From NCBI GenBank assembly GCA_002418285.1, contig DIDT01000032.1, forward strand, positions 78,737 through 142,736: DNA of 64,000 bases, in the 5' to 3' direction. The number at the start of each line of letters is the position of its first letter. Position 1 is the stretch's first letter. Source of the stretch: Phycisphaerales bacterium UBA5793 (GTDB lineage: Bacteria > Planctomycetota > Phycisphaerae > Phycisphaerales > UBA5793). The translations under genes and the position numbers were made by a program. This document shows, one piece after another, positions 33,385 to 42,539 of the stretch. The notes beneath the pieces were generated by a model. That model did not search any database and was not told the DNA's origin. It saw nothing but the letters and a program-made list of their open reading frames with translations.

Positions 33385-35231
33385 CGCTTCGCCCCCGCAG
33401 TCAGATCATCCCACTTCGCTTTGAGTTCCGGATCGCGGTTGACGTTCGCCTGGATCTGGTTGTTGACCTGGTCTTCGATAAGCCGCGCCGCTTCCGCCGC
33501 ACCGATTCGACCATTCATGAGCTGGTCCATCACGCGGCCGGCGAGAAACCCGAGCCGCTCGGGGCCGATGAACGGGCTGAGTTGCTGGCTCTCGGCTCCA
33601 TCCATCGCCTGTACGAAAACCGGTGAATCAAAGTCCTCCAGCCCGGGCAGCGGCTGCGGCGGCCCGGAAATACCTCCAGCGTCCGTGCAGTATTCGATCA
33701 CTCCGCAGATCGAATCGAACGCGCCATTGATTCGGTCGTTGTATTCCTTGCTGGCAAGGAACTGCAGGAATCGCAGCGCCTCCTGTCGGTGCTTGCTCTT
33801 TCGATTCACCATCGCCACGCGAGCGCCGACGTCGGTGTACTTGATCCGCCCATCGACGGTCGGCACGTGCGCCACGCCGATGCGCAGCAGCCGGGCGCGG
33901 TCGTCGGCCGTGAGCGAAGTTCTGATCAGCGCCAGGTCGGCATCCGACATCGGCGTTAGGATGTCGCGATTGAGCGCAGCGATGATCCGATCGATTGTGG
34001 CTCCCGTGTCATCATCCGCATTGGCTGCGGCCCGCCGCAGCGCCGGTTCGATCACGCGCTGGAAGTTCGTCTGGGCGTACGTGGCGTACTCCCACCGCCC
34101 GCCGATCGTCATGGCGCACAGTCGCGAGGCAAAGTAGAGCCCGCCGCTGCCGCCGCCGGTGAACCCGCCCGCAGCCGCCATGCTGGCGGTGTCCGCCGGG
34201 CTGGGCATGACGTGGTCGACGTACATGAGATCGAGATACGCCTGGAACGCAGCGACCGTCTGCGGCGAGTTGTAGATGCACCGTGTGCCGTCATCGGTGA
34301 AGAACTTTCCGCCGTTGGACAGAGCCATCGGCCACGGGTGCATGCCGAAGATCCCCCAGCGCCGCCCGCCGGGGATGTCGGGCGAATCGACCGTCAGGCG
34401 CCGGGCGACATCGCGCATCTCGTCGATCGTCCAGCCGCCGGTTGGCGCATCGATGCCCGCCGCCTCGAACATCGCCTTGTTGTAAAACAGCACGGTGTAG
34501 CCGACGTTTGCGGGAAAGCCGTACTGCCGGCTGTTGTACACGAACGAAGACCACCCGGCATCGAAGCAGCGCTGATACTCAAAGCCGTGCTGTTTGGCTT
34601 CGTCTGTGACATCAAGCGCGATGCCCGAGCGAACCATCGCCTCCAGTTGCTTGGGGCCATAGGTCTCAAGCAGATCCGCACCCGCGCCGCCGATGGATTG
34701 AATCACCGGCTTGGTAACCTGCGCGCCTTCGCGCGTATCCCGGCTGGCCGGGTCGGTGACAACGTCAATTGGCTCGCCATAGTTCTGCAGATACCAGCGG
34801 CGGAAGAGCTGGATCTGCTGCCGCCGCGCAGGGTTGTCATCCGTTGCCCACACCAGCCGCACCACGCTCGACAGTGGCTTGTCGTGCGAGTCGTTGTACC
34901 ACCTGCGAAAGCGGCTCTCCTGCTCCAGTCGTTGCGGATCATTGGCGGCATTCTCGCTCGACTCGGCGAATCGCGGCGGTTGCTGGCCGTACTCCGTGTA
35001 GTGCCACGTGCCATACGCTCGCTCCATAGCCACAACCGCCGGCAGATCCGACATCTCCCAGAACGCCGCGATCATGCCGCGATCCGCATCGCGCTCGGGC
35101 AGCACCCAGATCACGCCGACGAACGTCAGCGCCGACCAGATCGCGACCAGTGCAACGAACAGGACCTTCACGCGGTGGATTCCCCATTGAACTCTGCGGT
35201 GCAAGTGTAGACCCCGCCGATTCGCTACCAT
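33381..35231 (-). CDS. Membrane-anchored extracellular solute-binding protein (family 1-like)
   Basis: N-terminal TM anchor VKVLFVALVAIWSALTFVGVIWVL. SBP-like pattern ...GGAGADLLETYGPKQL...YGFPANVGYTVLFYNKAMFEAAGIDAP...WTIDEM.... A 4-nt overlap (ATGA type) with the permease gene. The start is uncertain. Confidence 0.8.
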   Translation of the reverse strand: MVANRRGLHLHRRVQWGIHRVKVLFVALVAIWSALTFVGVIWVLPERDADRGMIAAFWEMSDLPAVVAMERAYGTWHYTEYGQQPPRFAESSENAANDPQRLEQESRFRRWYNDSHDKPLSSVVRLVWATDDNPARRQQIQLFRRWYLQNYGEPIDVVTDPASRDTREGAQVTKPVIQSIGGAGADLLETYGPKQLEAMVRSGIALDVTDEAKQHGFEYQRCFDAGWSSFVYNSRQYGFPANVGYTVLFYNKAMFEAAGIDAPTGGWTIDEMRDVARRLTVDSPDIPGGRRWGIFGMHPWPMALSNGGKFFTDDGTRCIYNSPQTVAAFQAYLDLMYVDHVMPSPADTASMAAAGGFTGGGSGGLYFASRLCAMTIGGRWEYATYAQTNFQRVIEPALRRAAANADDDTGATIDRIIAALNRDILTPMSDADLALIRTSLTADDRARLLRIGVAHVPTVDGRIKYTDVGARVAMVNRKSKHRQEALRFLQFLASKEYNDRINGAFDSICGVIEYCTDAGGISGPPQPLPGLEDFDSPVFVQAMDGAESQQLSPFIGPERLGFLAGRVMDQLMNGRIGAAEAARLIEDQVNNQIQANVNRDPELKAKWDDLTAGAKR

Positions 35232-35238
35232 TGCCTCT

Positions 35239-38238
35239 GTGAATACCCGTCCGGCAATTCTCCCCCGTCCGCCACGATTCCCGCTGTTGCTGCTGTTGGC
35301 GCTGCTGATGAGCGGCTGCTATTCGCTTCAAGCGGCGCAGCCGGTATCGACCGACCCCGTCTGGCGACTCGCTGGCACCTTCAACGGCTGGTCCACCGCC
35401 AAAGAGGCCTGGCGCCTGACGCGCCTGCCCGATGGCAACTACTTCATCGAAACCTGGCTCGATGCGGGTCATCACGAGTTCAAGTTCGTCCGCGATGGTG
35501 ATTGGAGTATTGAGCATCTCGGCGCAGCGGGAGCGGCGGGCCAACTCGTTCAGCCAGGTGGCAACATCGTGCTCGACTTCGCCTCGCGCCGCCTCGTTTC
35601 AATCCTGCTCGATCCGATTCACAAGCAGTGGCGGCTGCAGCGGCCCGTCGTCACCGAGCCGGTGGCGATTGTTGACATCGTGGGCCAGCCGCGCGCCGGC
35701 GTGCCGCTTACCCTCGACGCCTCAAGCAGTCTGCTCCCCGTTGGTGAGGCCATCAAGGAGATTCGTGTCGTGTCGCGAGGACCGGGAGAAGTGAACGTAC
35801 AAGACGATGCAGGCCACCCGGATCGCGCCATCGTGGTGCCTGGGCAGCCGGGCCACGTGGAACTCGATGTATCTATCCGCTGCGGTCAATGGTCAAAGCC
35901 CACTCGTATCGCATTTGACGTCACCGAGCGTATCAGCGCGATCGCCTCCGGTGTGCCCGGCGGATCAATCGACTTCACGCCGATCGAGGGCGACATGGTC
36001 TGGGGCGCCGTGGCGCAGGCGCCCTCCACCGCCGTGATGACCTTCAAGATCCACGACCCGCGCCATCGAGGCAGCGTGATCGCACTGGCGCATCCCGCGC
36101 AGCCCGGCGAGACGTTCGCCATTGTGTACGACCGACGCGTCGGCAAGGCCCAGGCGATTCCCGGCCGATTCAGTCTCGCATCAGAAGAGGGCCAGGCGCA
36201 GCTCGTCGAGGCCCGACACGAAGTCGTTGACACCTTCTGGCACGACCCGCGCCGACCCGATCACTTCGAACCCATCAGTGCCGGACTCGGCCTCGTCGAA
36301 CTTACGGCAATCACACCGCCCCGGACTCCGGAACTCACCGTCGTACTGACGACCGCAAGCGGATCGCAGCGCCGCATTCCCATGGCCCCGGTCGACGCGC
36401 ACCCCGACCAAAGCGTCTGGAAGGCGCGTTTAACGGCGCCGCGAGGCGCAACTCGCCTCACCTACAGCATCGAATCCCCCGGCCGCACTGCTGGTCAGTC
36501 GGGTGTCATCAGTCGTCAGTTCGATGTCAGCATCGACCCGTTCTTCGAAACGCCCGATTGGGCCAAGCGCGCCGTCTGGTACCAGATCTTCCCCGAGCGA
36601 TTCCGCAACGGACAGAAAGCCAACGACCCGTACGGCAATCGAGTCTTCCCCATGGCATGGAACGCCCCGTGGAACGAACTCGCGCCCGGGGAGTGGCAGG
36701 CCTGGCAAGAGCGCGTGCGTGCCGCCGGTGACAATCCCGACAAGTACGACCGCCAGAAGACCGGCCAACCCGGCGGCCGCTTCTACAACGTCGTCTGGGA
36801 TCGACGCTACGGCGGCGACCTTCAGGGCGTCATCGAGAAACTCGACTACCTCCGCGAACTCGGCATCAATTCGATCTATCTCAACCCGATCTTCGAAGCG
36901 GTGAGCATGCATAAGTATGACACCAGCGACTTCCGTCACGTCGATGACAACTTCGGCGGCGACACCCGGCCGCCCGAATCCTGGCAGCCCGATCCCGACG
37001 AGTCCTATCACGATCCCGATTCGTGGAAGTGGACCGGCGCCGATCGCACATTCCTCAAACTGCTTGACGAAGCGCACCAGCGCGACATGCACGTCATCAT
37101 CGACGGCGTGTTCAATCACGTCGGCCGCAATCACCCCGCATTCCAGGATGTGGTGAAGCACGGAAAGGCCTCGCCCTTTGCCAACTGGTTCGTGGCCGAG
37201 TTCGACGCGCGCGGCCGACTCCAGTCGTGGACGGCGTGGGACGGCCCGAGCGGTTGGCTGCCCAAACTCGCGCAGAATCCGGATGGTTCGCTCGTCGCAC
37301 CTGTCATGCAGCACATCTTCGACATCACCCGCCGCTGGATGGACCCCGATGGTGATGGCGATCCATCCGATGGAATCGATGGCTGGCGACTCGATGTCCC
37401 GCTCGACGTCGGCGATCCATTCTGGAGGCAGTGGTGCGCCTACGTGCGATCGATCAATCCGAACGCGTACATCGTGGCCGAGATTTGGACCGACGGTGAA
37501 GCTCAGCCGCGATTGCGCGGCGACATGTTTGACGCCCAGATGCACTACCCCTTCGCCGGCGCCGTCATCGACTGGCTCGCCAATGATCCCGACGTGTCGG
37601 CGCGCGATCTCGCGACGCGGCTCGACGCTGCCTTCGGCAACGAGGCAACGGCGACGCAGATGGTCCAGCAGGATCTGTTCGCCAGCCACGACACCGACCG
37701 CCTCGTCTCGCGCCTCTTCAATGCGCGTCCCGGCTTCACCTTCGACTCGCGCAACCGCCCGCAGGATGGTGAGGAGTACAACGAAGCAAAGCCCGACGCC
37801 CACGCCTACGCGCTCAACCGCCTCGCCCTGGTCATGCAGGCGACCTACATCGGCGCGCCGATGATCTACTACGGCGAAGAGATCGGCATGCACGGGGCCG
37901 ACGACCCATCATGTCGCAAGCCTCGCCCCTGGCCCGACCTGCCCGAGATGGTCGATCCTGACGATCGGCCCGATGCCGAACTCGAAGCGTTCTACCGCAA
38001 ATGGCTCAACCTGCGCAATCAGAGTGATGTGCTGCAACTCGGCCTGGTGCGCCACCTCGACAGTGGTCGGCCCGATGTCTTCGCCTTCGAGCGCCGCGTG
38101 AACGAATCGGGGCTGCTCGTCGTGATCAATCGAGGCGATTCGTCCTACAACGTCTCCGCGCTCGGCGGCCCGTACGCGAACTCGACGGCGATCGTCGCAC
38201 CGCTTGATGCAAGTGTGGTCGAGGCGGCCGCACCGTAG
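35239..38238 (+). CDS. GH13 alpha-amylase-family lipoprotein with N-terminal CBM48/AMPK-type glycogen-binding module
   Basis: GTG start, lipobox LLLLALLMSGC. CBM-like WRLAGTFNGWS...HEFKFVRDGDWS. GH13 regions I DGVFNHVG, II GWRLDVPLD, III IVAEIW, IV FASHDTDR. Confidence 0.9.
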   Translation: MNTRPAILPRPPRFPLLLLLALLMSGCYSLQAAQPVSTDPVWRLAGTFNGWSTAKEAWRLTRLPDGNYFIETWLDAGHHEFKFVRDGDWSIEHLGAAGAAGQLVQPGGNIVLDFASRRLVSILLDPIHKQWRLQRPVVTEPVAIVDIVGQPRAGVPLTLDASSSLLPVGEAIKEIRVVSRGPGEVNVQDDAGHPDRAIVVPGQPGHVELDVSIRCGQWSKPTRIAFDVTERISAIASGVPGGSIDFTPIEGDMVWGAVAQAPSTAVMTFKIHDPRHRGSVIALAHPAQPGETFAIVYDRRVGKAQAIPGRFSLASEEGQAQLVEARHEVVDTFWHDPRRPDHFEPISAGLGLVELTAITPPRTPELTVVLTTASGSQRRIPMAPVDAHPDQSVWKARLTAPRGATRLTYSIESPGRTAGQSGVISRQFDVSIDPFFETPDWAKRAVWYQIFPERFRNGQKANDPYGNRVFPMAWNAPWNELAPGEWQAWQERVRAAGDNPDKYDRQKTGQPGGRFYNVVWDRRYGGDLQGVIEKLDYLRELGINSIYLNPIFEAVSMHKYDTSDFRHVDDNFGGDTRPPESWQPDPDESYHDPDSWKWTGADRTFLKLLDEAHQRDMHVIIDGVFNHVGRNHPAFQDVVKHGKASPFANWFVAEFDARGRLQSWTAWDGPSGWLPKLAQNPDGSLVAPVMQHIFDITRRWMDPDGDGDPSDGIDGWRLDVPLDVGDPFWRQWCAYVRSINPNAYIVAEIWTDGEAQPRLRGDMFDAQMHYPFAGAVIDWLANDPDVSARDLATRLDAAFGNEATATQMVQQDLFASHDTDRLVSRLFNARPGFTFDSRNRPQDGEEYNEAKPDAHAYALNRLALVMQATYIGAPMIYYGEEIGMHGADDPSCRKPRPWPDLPEMVDPDDRPDAELEAFYRKWLNLRNQSDVLQLGLVRHLDSGRPDVFAFERRVNESGLLVVINRGDSSYNVSALGGPYANSTAIVAPLDASVVEAAAP

Positions 38239-38309
38239 CAAATGAATGGAACGATCGGGTGCCACACACCACTTCGCTTTGAATGATGTGTGCGAATAGG
38301 CAATCGCGC

Positions 38310-40724
38310 TTATCTCGCGAATCTCGCACAGGCGGTGGGTCTGCGCATTCGCACGAGCGTTGCGACCCATGAGTTGGGATCGTCGAGATCGCTGCCGCCG
38401 TTGGGATCGACGGGTTTCAATTGCTGCCCGCCGATGGCCATCTGATTCGCAGTCCCGCCGTGCACGACCACTTCGATCACGTGATCAAGCGGGATCGAGC
38501 CGCTTACGCCGCCGTCCTCGATCGATACCGACACCGCCGCGGGCGGCTGATCAACCCACGTCAGCCCGTCATCGATCGCCTGCTTGCCACGGCCGCTGTC
38601 GCCGAAGCAATGCAACCGCCACTTTACCCTGTTCAGATCGCAATCCCAGCCGACAAATGAGCCGCCATTTGGCACCGGCTCGCAGACGATCGTGCCTCGC
38701 CGCGCGAAGAGAGGGATGTCATTCATCGAGACAGCGCGTTCAAAGATCACGCCGCCTTCAACCCACTCGCGTTGCATGAGGTCAAACCACTCGCCGGGTG
38801 GCAGGATGATGTGCCGCCGGCTCGCTCCCTGATGCACCACCGGCGCCACGACCAGATTCTCGCCCAGCACGTACACGTCAGAGACATCGCGGTACTTCGC
38901 ATCTGCGCTGAAATAGCACAGCGGCCGCACAAGCGGTTCGCCCGTTTCGATGTGCCGGCAGAATTCTGTATAGATGCTGCCAAGCATTCGATAGCGCAGG
39001 TTGATCGCCTCACGGATGATGTCGCGCGTGCCCGAGCCGAAGCACCACGGCTCCTGGTGTGCTGTGGCATTGTTCGAGTGATTGCGATAGAACGGGAAGA
39101 GCACGGCCGCCTGGTACCATCGCGCGAGCAGTTCGGCGTTGGTCGATTCCATGAATCCGCCAACATCCGCACCGTTGAATGACACGCCTGAGAGTGCGAG
39201 GTTAAGCGTCTCGGGAATGCTCATGCGCAGGTGCGCCCAACTCGACGCGTTGTCCCCTGTCCACACTGCGGCGAATCGTTGGATGCCCGTCGAAGCCGAG
39301 CGTGTCAGAATAAACGGTCGCGCCTTTGGATCGTTCTGCCGGAAGCCGTTCCACGTCGCCTCGGCCATGAACGTGCCATACAGGTTGTGCAGGTAGTCAT
39401 GCCGGATGGCGCCGCGATCAAAGAGCATGTCATCGACATCGCACATCCCCGTCGCCGGGTCGTTCATGTCATTCCAGATACCATCGACACCGCGCGAGAG
39501 ATGTTGCGCGACCTGGTCGGCCCACCATTGCTGCGTCTCGGACAGGGAGAAATCGGGAAACACCGTCTGCCCCGGCCAGACCATGCCAACAAAATGCCGC
39601 CCCGACGGCGCGTGGCAGAACAGATCCTGTTCGCATCCCGCCTTGTAGAGCGCATCCTTCTCATCGATCGCCACGCCGGGATCGACAATCGTGACCAGCC
39701 GTACACCGCGCTGGCTCATCCACTGTGACAGCTTCTCAGGCGAGGGCACACGTTTTTCGTGCCACGTGAAGACCTTGTACCGGTCCATGTAATCGATGTC
39801 AAGCCAGAAGCCGTGCAGCGGGATGTGCTCTTCCGCGTAGTGATCGACAATGCGCTGATACATGCGCTGCTCGTCGTAGCCCCAGCGGCACTGCTGATTG
39901 CCCAGCGACCACAGCGGCGGCAGCGGGGGGGTGCCGGTGAGGCGCTGCAGCTTCACGCACACTTCGCTCATCGTGTTGCCGGTGATGAAGTAGAAGCGCG
40001 GCTCGCCGCAGTACGTGCCGAAGTAGAGCAGATCAGGCAACTTGAAGTCCGGCGTCTGGCAGTTGAACCACGCCGGTCCCGAGTTGTCGATGAGCACGGC
40101 CACATACCGCGTCGAGCCATCCTCCGCCGATACCGGCCAGATCGCCACCGGAATCGCACAATACGCCGGGTCATACGAATCGCTCTGGCAGCCGTGCGGA
40201 TTGTCGCTGCACACGTCAAGGTTCCAGAATTTCATCCGCTGGCCATGTTTGTTCAGCGGCCCCGTCTTTTCACCGAATCCATAAAAAGGTGTCTCGGCAG
40301 GCAGAGGCAGGCCGATGCCGAACTTCTCGCCGCTGAACCCGATGATCTGTTGATTGCTGAGTTCGATCAGCGAGATCGATGTGTGATCGCCGCCGACCGC
40401 CAACCCAATCTGCAGACCTGCCGTCGCGAGGGTGAGTGTGACGCCCTTGCGGTTCGTGAGGTGCACAGTTTCATCGGTCACCTCGCACGTCGCTCCGGCA
40501 TCGGCCGCCGGCACATGCGCCAGCGCGGGCGTATGGCGCGGCAGGGGATCGGTCTCGCGGTTGATGGTCAGTTCAAAGAGCCCGCCATCGAGCGCGCGGG
40601 CGGCCACTCGAATGGCCACGTTGCTCAAGACGACCTGGCCATTTGCGGCGACTGTATTCTCCGTCACCTTCAGGTCGTGCACGGGGGCCAGGCTGAGCGG
40701 GCTGGGCTGCTTGTGGAAGTGCAT
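38310..40724 (-). CDS. GH31 alpha-glucosidase
   Basis: GFWLDIDYMDRYKVFTW, catalytic region DGIWNDMNDPA, FAAVWTGDNASSW. I prefer ATG 40724 (MHFHKQPSPL...). The track start at 40874 is the alternative. Confidence 0.9.
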   Translation of the reverse strand: MHFHKQPSPLSLAPVHDLKVTENTVAANGQVVLSNVAIRVAARALDGGLFELTINRETDPLPRHTPALAHVPAADAGATCEVTDETVHLTNRKGVTLTLATAGLQIGLAVGGDHTSISLIELSNQQIIGFSGEKFGIGLPLPAETPFYGFGEKTGPLNKHGQRMKFWNLDVCSDNPHGCQSDSYDPAYCAIPVAIWPVSAEDGSTRYVAVLIDNSGPAWFNCQTPDFKLPDLLYFGTYCGEPRFYFITGNTMSEVCVKLQRLTGTPPLPPLWSLGNQQCRWGYDEQRMYQRIVDHYAEEHIPLHGFWLDIDYMDRYKVFTWHEKRVPSPEKLSQWMSQRGVRLVTIVDPGVAIDEKDALYKAGCEQDLFCHAPSGRHFVGMVWPGQTVFPDFSLSETQQWWADQVAQHLSRGVDGIWNDMNDPATGMCDVDDMLFDRGAIRHDYLHNLYGTFMAEATWNGFRQNDPKARPFILTRSASTGIQRFAAVWTGDNASSWAHLRMSIPETLNLALSGVSFNGADVGGFMESTNAELLARWYQAAVLFPFYRNHSNNATAHQEPWCFGSGTRDIIREAINLRYRMLGSIYTEFCRHIETGEPLVRPLCYFSADAKYRDVSDVYVLGENLVVAPVVHQGASRRHIILPPGEWFDLMQREWVEGGVIFERAVSMNDIPLFARRGTIVCEPVPNGGSFVGWDCDLNRVKWRLHCFGDSGRGKQAIDDGLTWVDQPPAAVSVSIEDGGVSGSIPLDHVIEVVVHGGTANQMAIGGQQLKPVDPNGGSDLDDPNSWVATLVRMRRPTACARFAR

Positions 40725-40888
40725 GAAATCGAATCCGTTACGGGTCAACCGGGGAAGCCGGCTGACGCTCGAGGGGCCGCTGATGGATGGAACGCGATCG
40801 TAGGCGAATCCGAACCCGGCCGCCGTGCCGTCGAGTCTCGCCGAGCTCGTCGAGTGGCCGCGGGCAGGCGCCATGCAAAGGATGAGAC

Positions 40889-41878
40889 ATGCTCAATCAG
40901 TGCCCTCCGCTGCGTCTCCCGCCGCGACGAATCATCTCACCGTTGCTGCCTCTGGTGCTGATCGTTCTCGCCGGCTGCGCCAATCGTCTCGAGCACTCCC
41001 ATTTGCTGCACACGGCGCAACTCCAACTGACTTACGACGCACAGCGCGATCGCATCACGTCCTTCGGCCCAACGGGCGGCCCGAACCTGCTGTGCGTGCG
41101 CGATCTTGAAACGCCACCTGCCGCCGATGGTTCATACACGTTCTTCGGCGGCATGTACTCATGGATCAGTCCGCAGGGCGCATGGGTGGATGGGTCCGGG
41201 CAACTGCGCGACTGGCCACCCGACCCCGCCATGGATCGTGGTCCGACACTCATCGTGAATCAGGGTGCCAGTCGCCTCGTGGCGCGCGGACCGGTTACGC
41301 GCAGCGGCCTCGTTGAACAGAAGTGGTTCGAACTCGCGGCCGGCCAAAACGCGGCGATCATCGATCAGCGCCTGCACAATCCGACGGGAGGCAAAGTCGT
41401 CGGCGGTGTGTGGGTCAACACGGCCGTCAGGCCCGGCGCGGTCATTGCCGTGCGCGACGGCTCGAGCGATCACTTCCGCATCAGTGGCGGCGACGCAGCG
41501 AACACGCTCTGGGCTCGCGCCACTACTTCGCGCGATGGCTGGCTGCTCATCCACACCGATGGCGTTGACTGGAGCGATCTTGGAGCCGATTCGTTCAAGT
41601 TCTTCGCCGACGGCCCGGCCGCGATCGCCATCTGGACTGACGGCTACTGGTTGCTGCGCCAGGGGCTGACCAGCCACGCCGAGGGCGCACTGGCCGAACA
41701 CGGCGAAGCACCGGTCGAGGTCTATGTCAATTACGGCCTGCAACTCTTCGAAGCCGAATTGCTTGGGCCGATCCAGACGATCCCGCCCGGAGGCACCTGC
41801 CAACACGTCGAGCGGTGGCTCGTCGTCCCCGCCGACCAGCCCGATCCGACGCTGCTCGACGATCTGCCAAACCACTGA
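40889..41878 (+). CDS. Lipoprotein of unknown function in the glucan locus
   Basis: Lipobox PLVLIVLAGC. Codon usage is good and the sequence looks beta-rich. I could only guess at a family (mutarotase-like/DUF), so none is assigned. Confidence 0.65.
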   Translation: MLNQCPPLRLPPRRIISPLLPLVLIVLAGCANRLEHSHLLHTAQLQLTYDAQRDRITSFGPTGGPNLLCVRDLETPPAADGSYTFFGGMYSWISPQGAWVDGSGQLRDWPPDPAMDRGPTLIVNQGASRLVARGPVTRSGLVEQKWFELAAGQNAAIIDQRLHNPTGGKVVGGVWVNTAVRPGAVIAVRDGSSDHFRISGGDAANTLWARATTSRDGWLLIHTDGVDWSDLGADSFKFFADGPAAIAIWTDGYWLLRQGLTSHAEGALAEHGEAPVEVYVNYGLQLFEAELLGPIQTIPPGGTCQHVERWLVVPADQPDPTLLDDLPNH

Positions 41879-41979
41879 AAGCCCATTCGAGTGGATGTTC
41901 TTGTTGAACCTGCCGGACTCCTCGTCGGCACGGTGATGCGCCCGTTTCGGAGATGACCTGATCGGCTGGGCAGCCGGCG

Positions 41980-42297
41980 ATGGCCGAGCAGGCGTTCGTC
42001 GTCTTCGGAGATTGGATCGCTCACGACGCCGAGGTGCGCGTGCTGCGCAAGTTCGACGTCGTCGAGTGGCCGGCCTGGTTGATCCACTTCGCGCTGCTCG
42101 GTGCGCATCCTTGCGCCATGTTCGTTGGTCAGGCAACCGGCCGCCTCGCGCGTCAGGATCACGTTGTTGATGTGCCCGGCGCCGGCGTGCTGGGTCTGTC
42201 CACGCGGTTCTCCGACTCCGAGCAAGTCGGTGGCGCGCTGCTGCCGCGCACCGTCGAATCGAAATACGTCGCCTTGCTCGGTGGGTCCACGGTCTAA
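41980..42297 (+). CDS. Hypothetical 105-aa protein (weak call)
   Basis: By hand count, third-position GC is about 80 %, against roughly 73 % for the exactly mirrored minus ORF 41731..42462. The composition is protein-like with a W/F/hydrophobic core, whereas the mirror ORF is rich in Arg, Gly and Asp. No family recognised. Confidence 0.4.
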   Translation: MAEQAFVVFGDWIAHDAEVRVLRKFDVVEWPAWLIHFALLGAHPCAMFVGQATGRLARQDHVVDVPGAGVLGLSTRFSDSEQVGGALLPRTVESKYVALLGGSTV

Positions 42298-42539
42298 TTG
42301 GAGAAGCAGGAGTCGATCGAACTCCAGGAGGATCTTCTCGACATCGACGCCCCTTGACCGGTCCCGCCCGACGCGCGACTTCTCAGGTGAATCCCCATAT
42401 TCCCGCGATCGGCGAAGCACTCTTCTTATGCCAATCCGCTGGGATTTGGAACCATTCCCCAATGGTCCTAGATTAGTCTGGCGAGTCTGCGGGTCGGCTT
42501 CCTTGCCTCGCCGTCCTCATCCAAGACAGGAGTTCACCA

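Noticed and set aside
36430-37893. 487-aa - strand ORF. Similar cases: 39759-40961 +, 32221-33216 +, 34212-35210 +, 17022-18227 +, 18103-19470 +, 23297-24202 +, 24230-25489 +, 55338-56156 +, 55798-56604 -, 57569-58387 -, 60254-61003 -
   Set aside because: Each overlaps a gene with clear family motifs on the other strand (GH13, GH31, ABC permease, SBP, barrel/YggX, korB, pyrD, flavoprotein, queE, nadK, serS, AlkD-like). These are high-GC antisense open frames.
41731-42462. 243-aa - strand ORF between the glucan locus and acnA
   Set aside because: It sits in an exact codon-mirror register with the + ORF 41980-42297. It has lower third-position GC by hand count, an Arg/Gly/Asp-rich composition, and would overlap the convergent lipoprotein gene by about 150 nt. 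It is kept only as an alternative in the corresponding finding.
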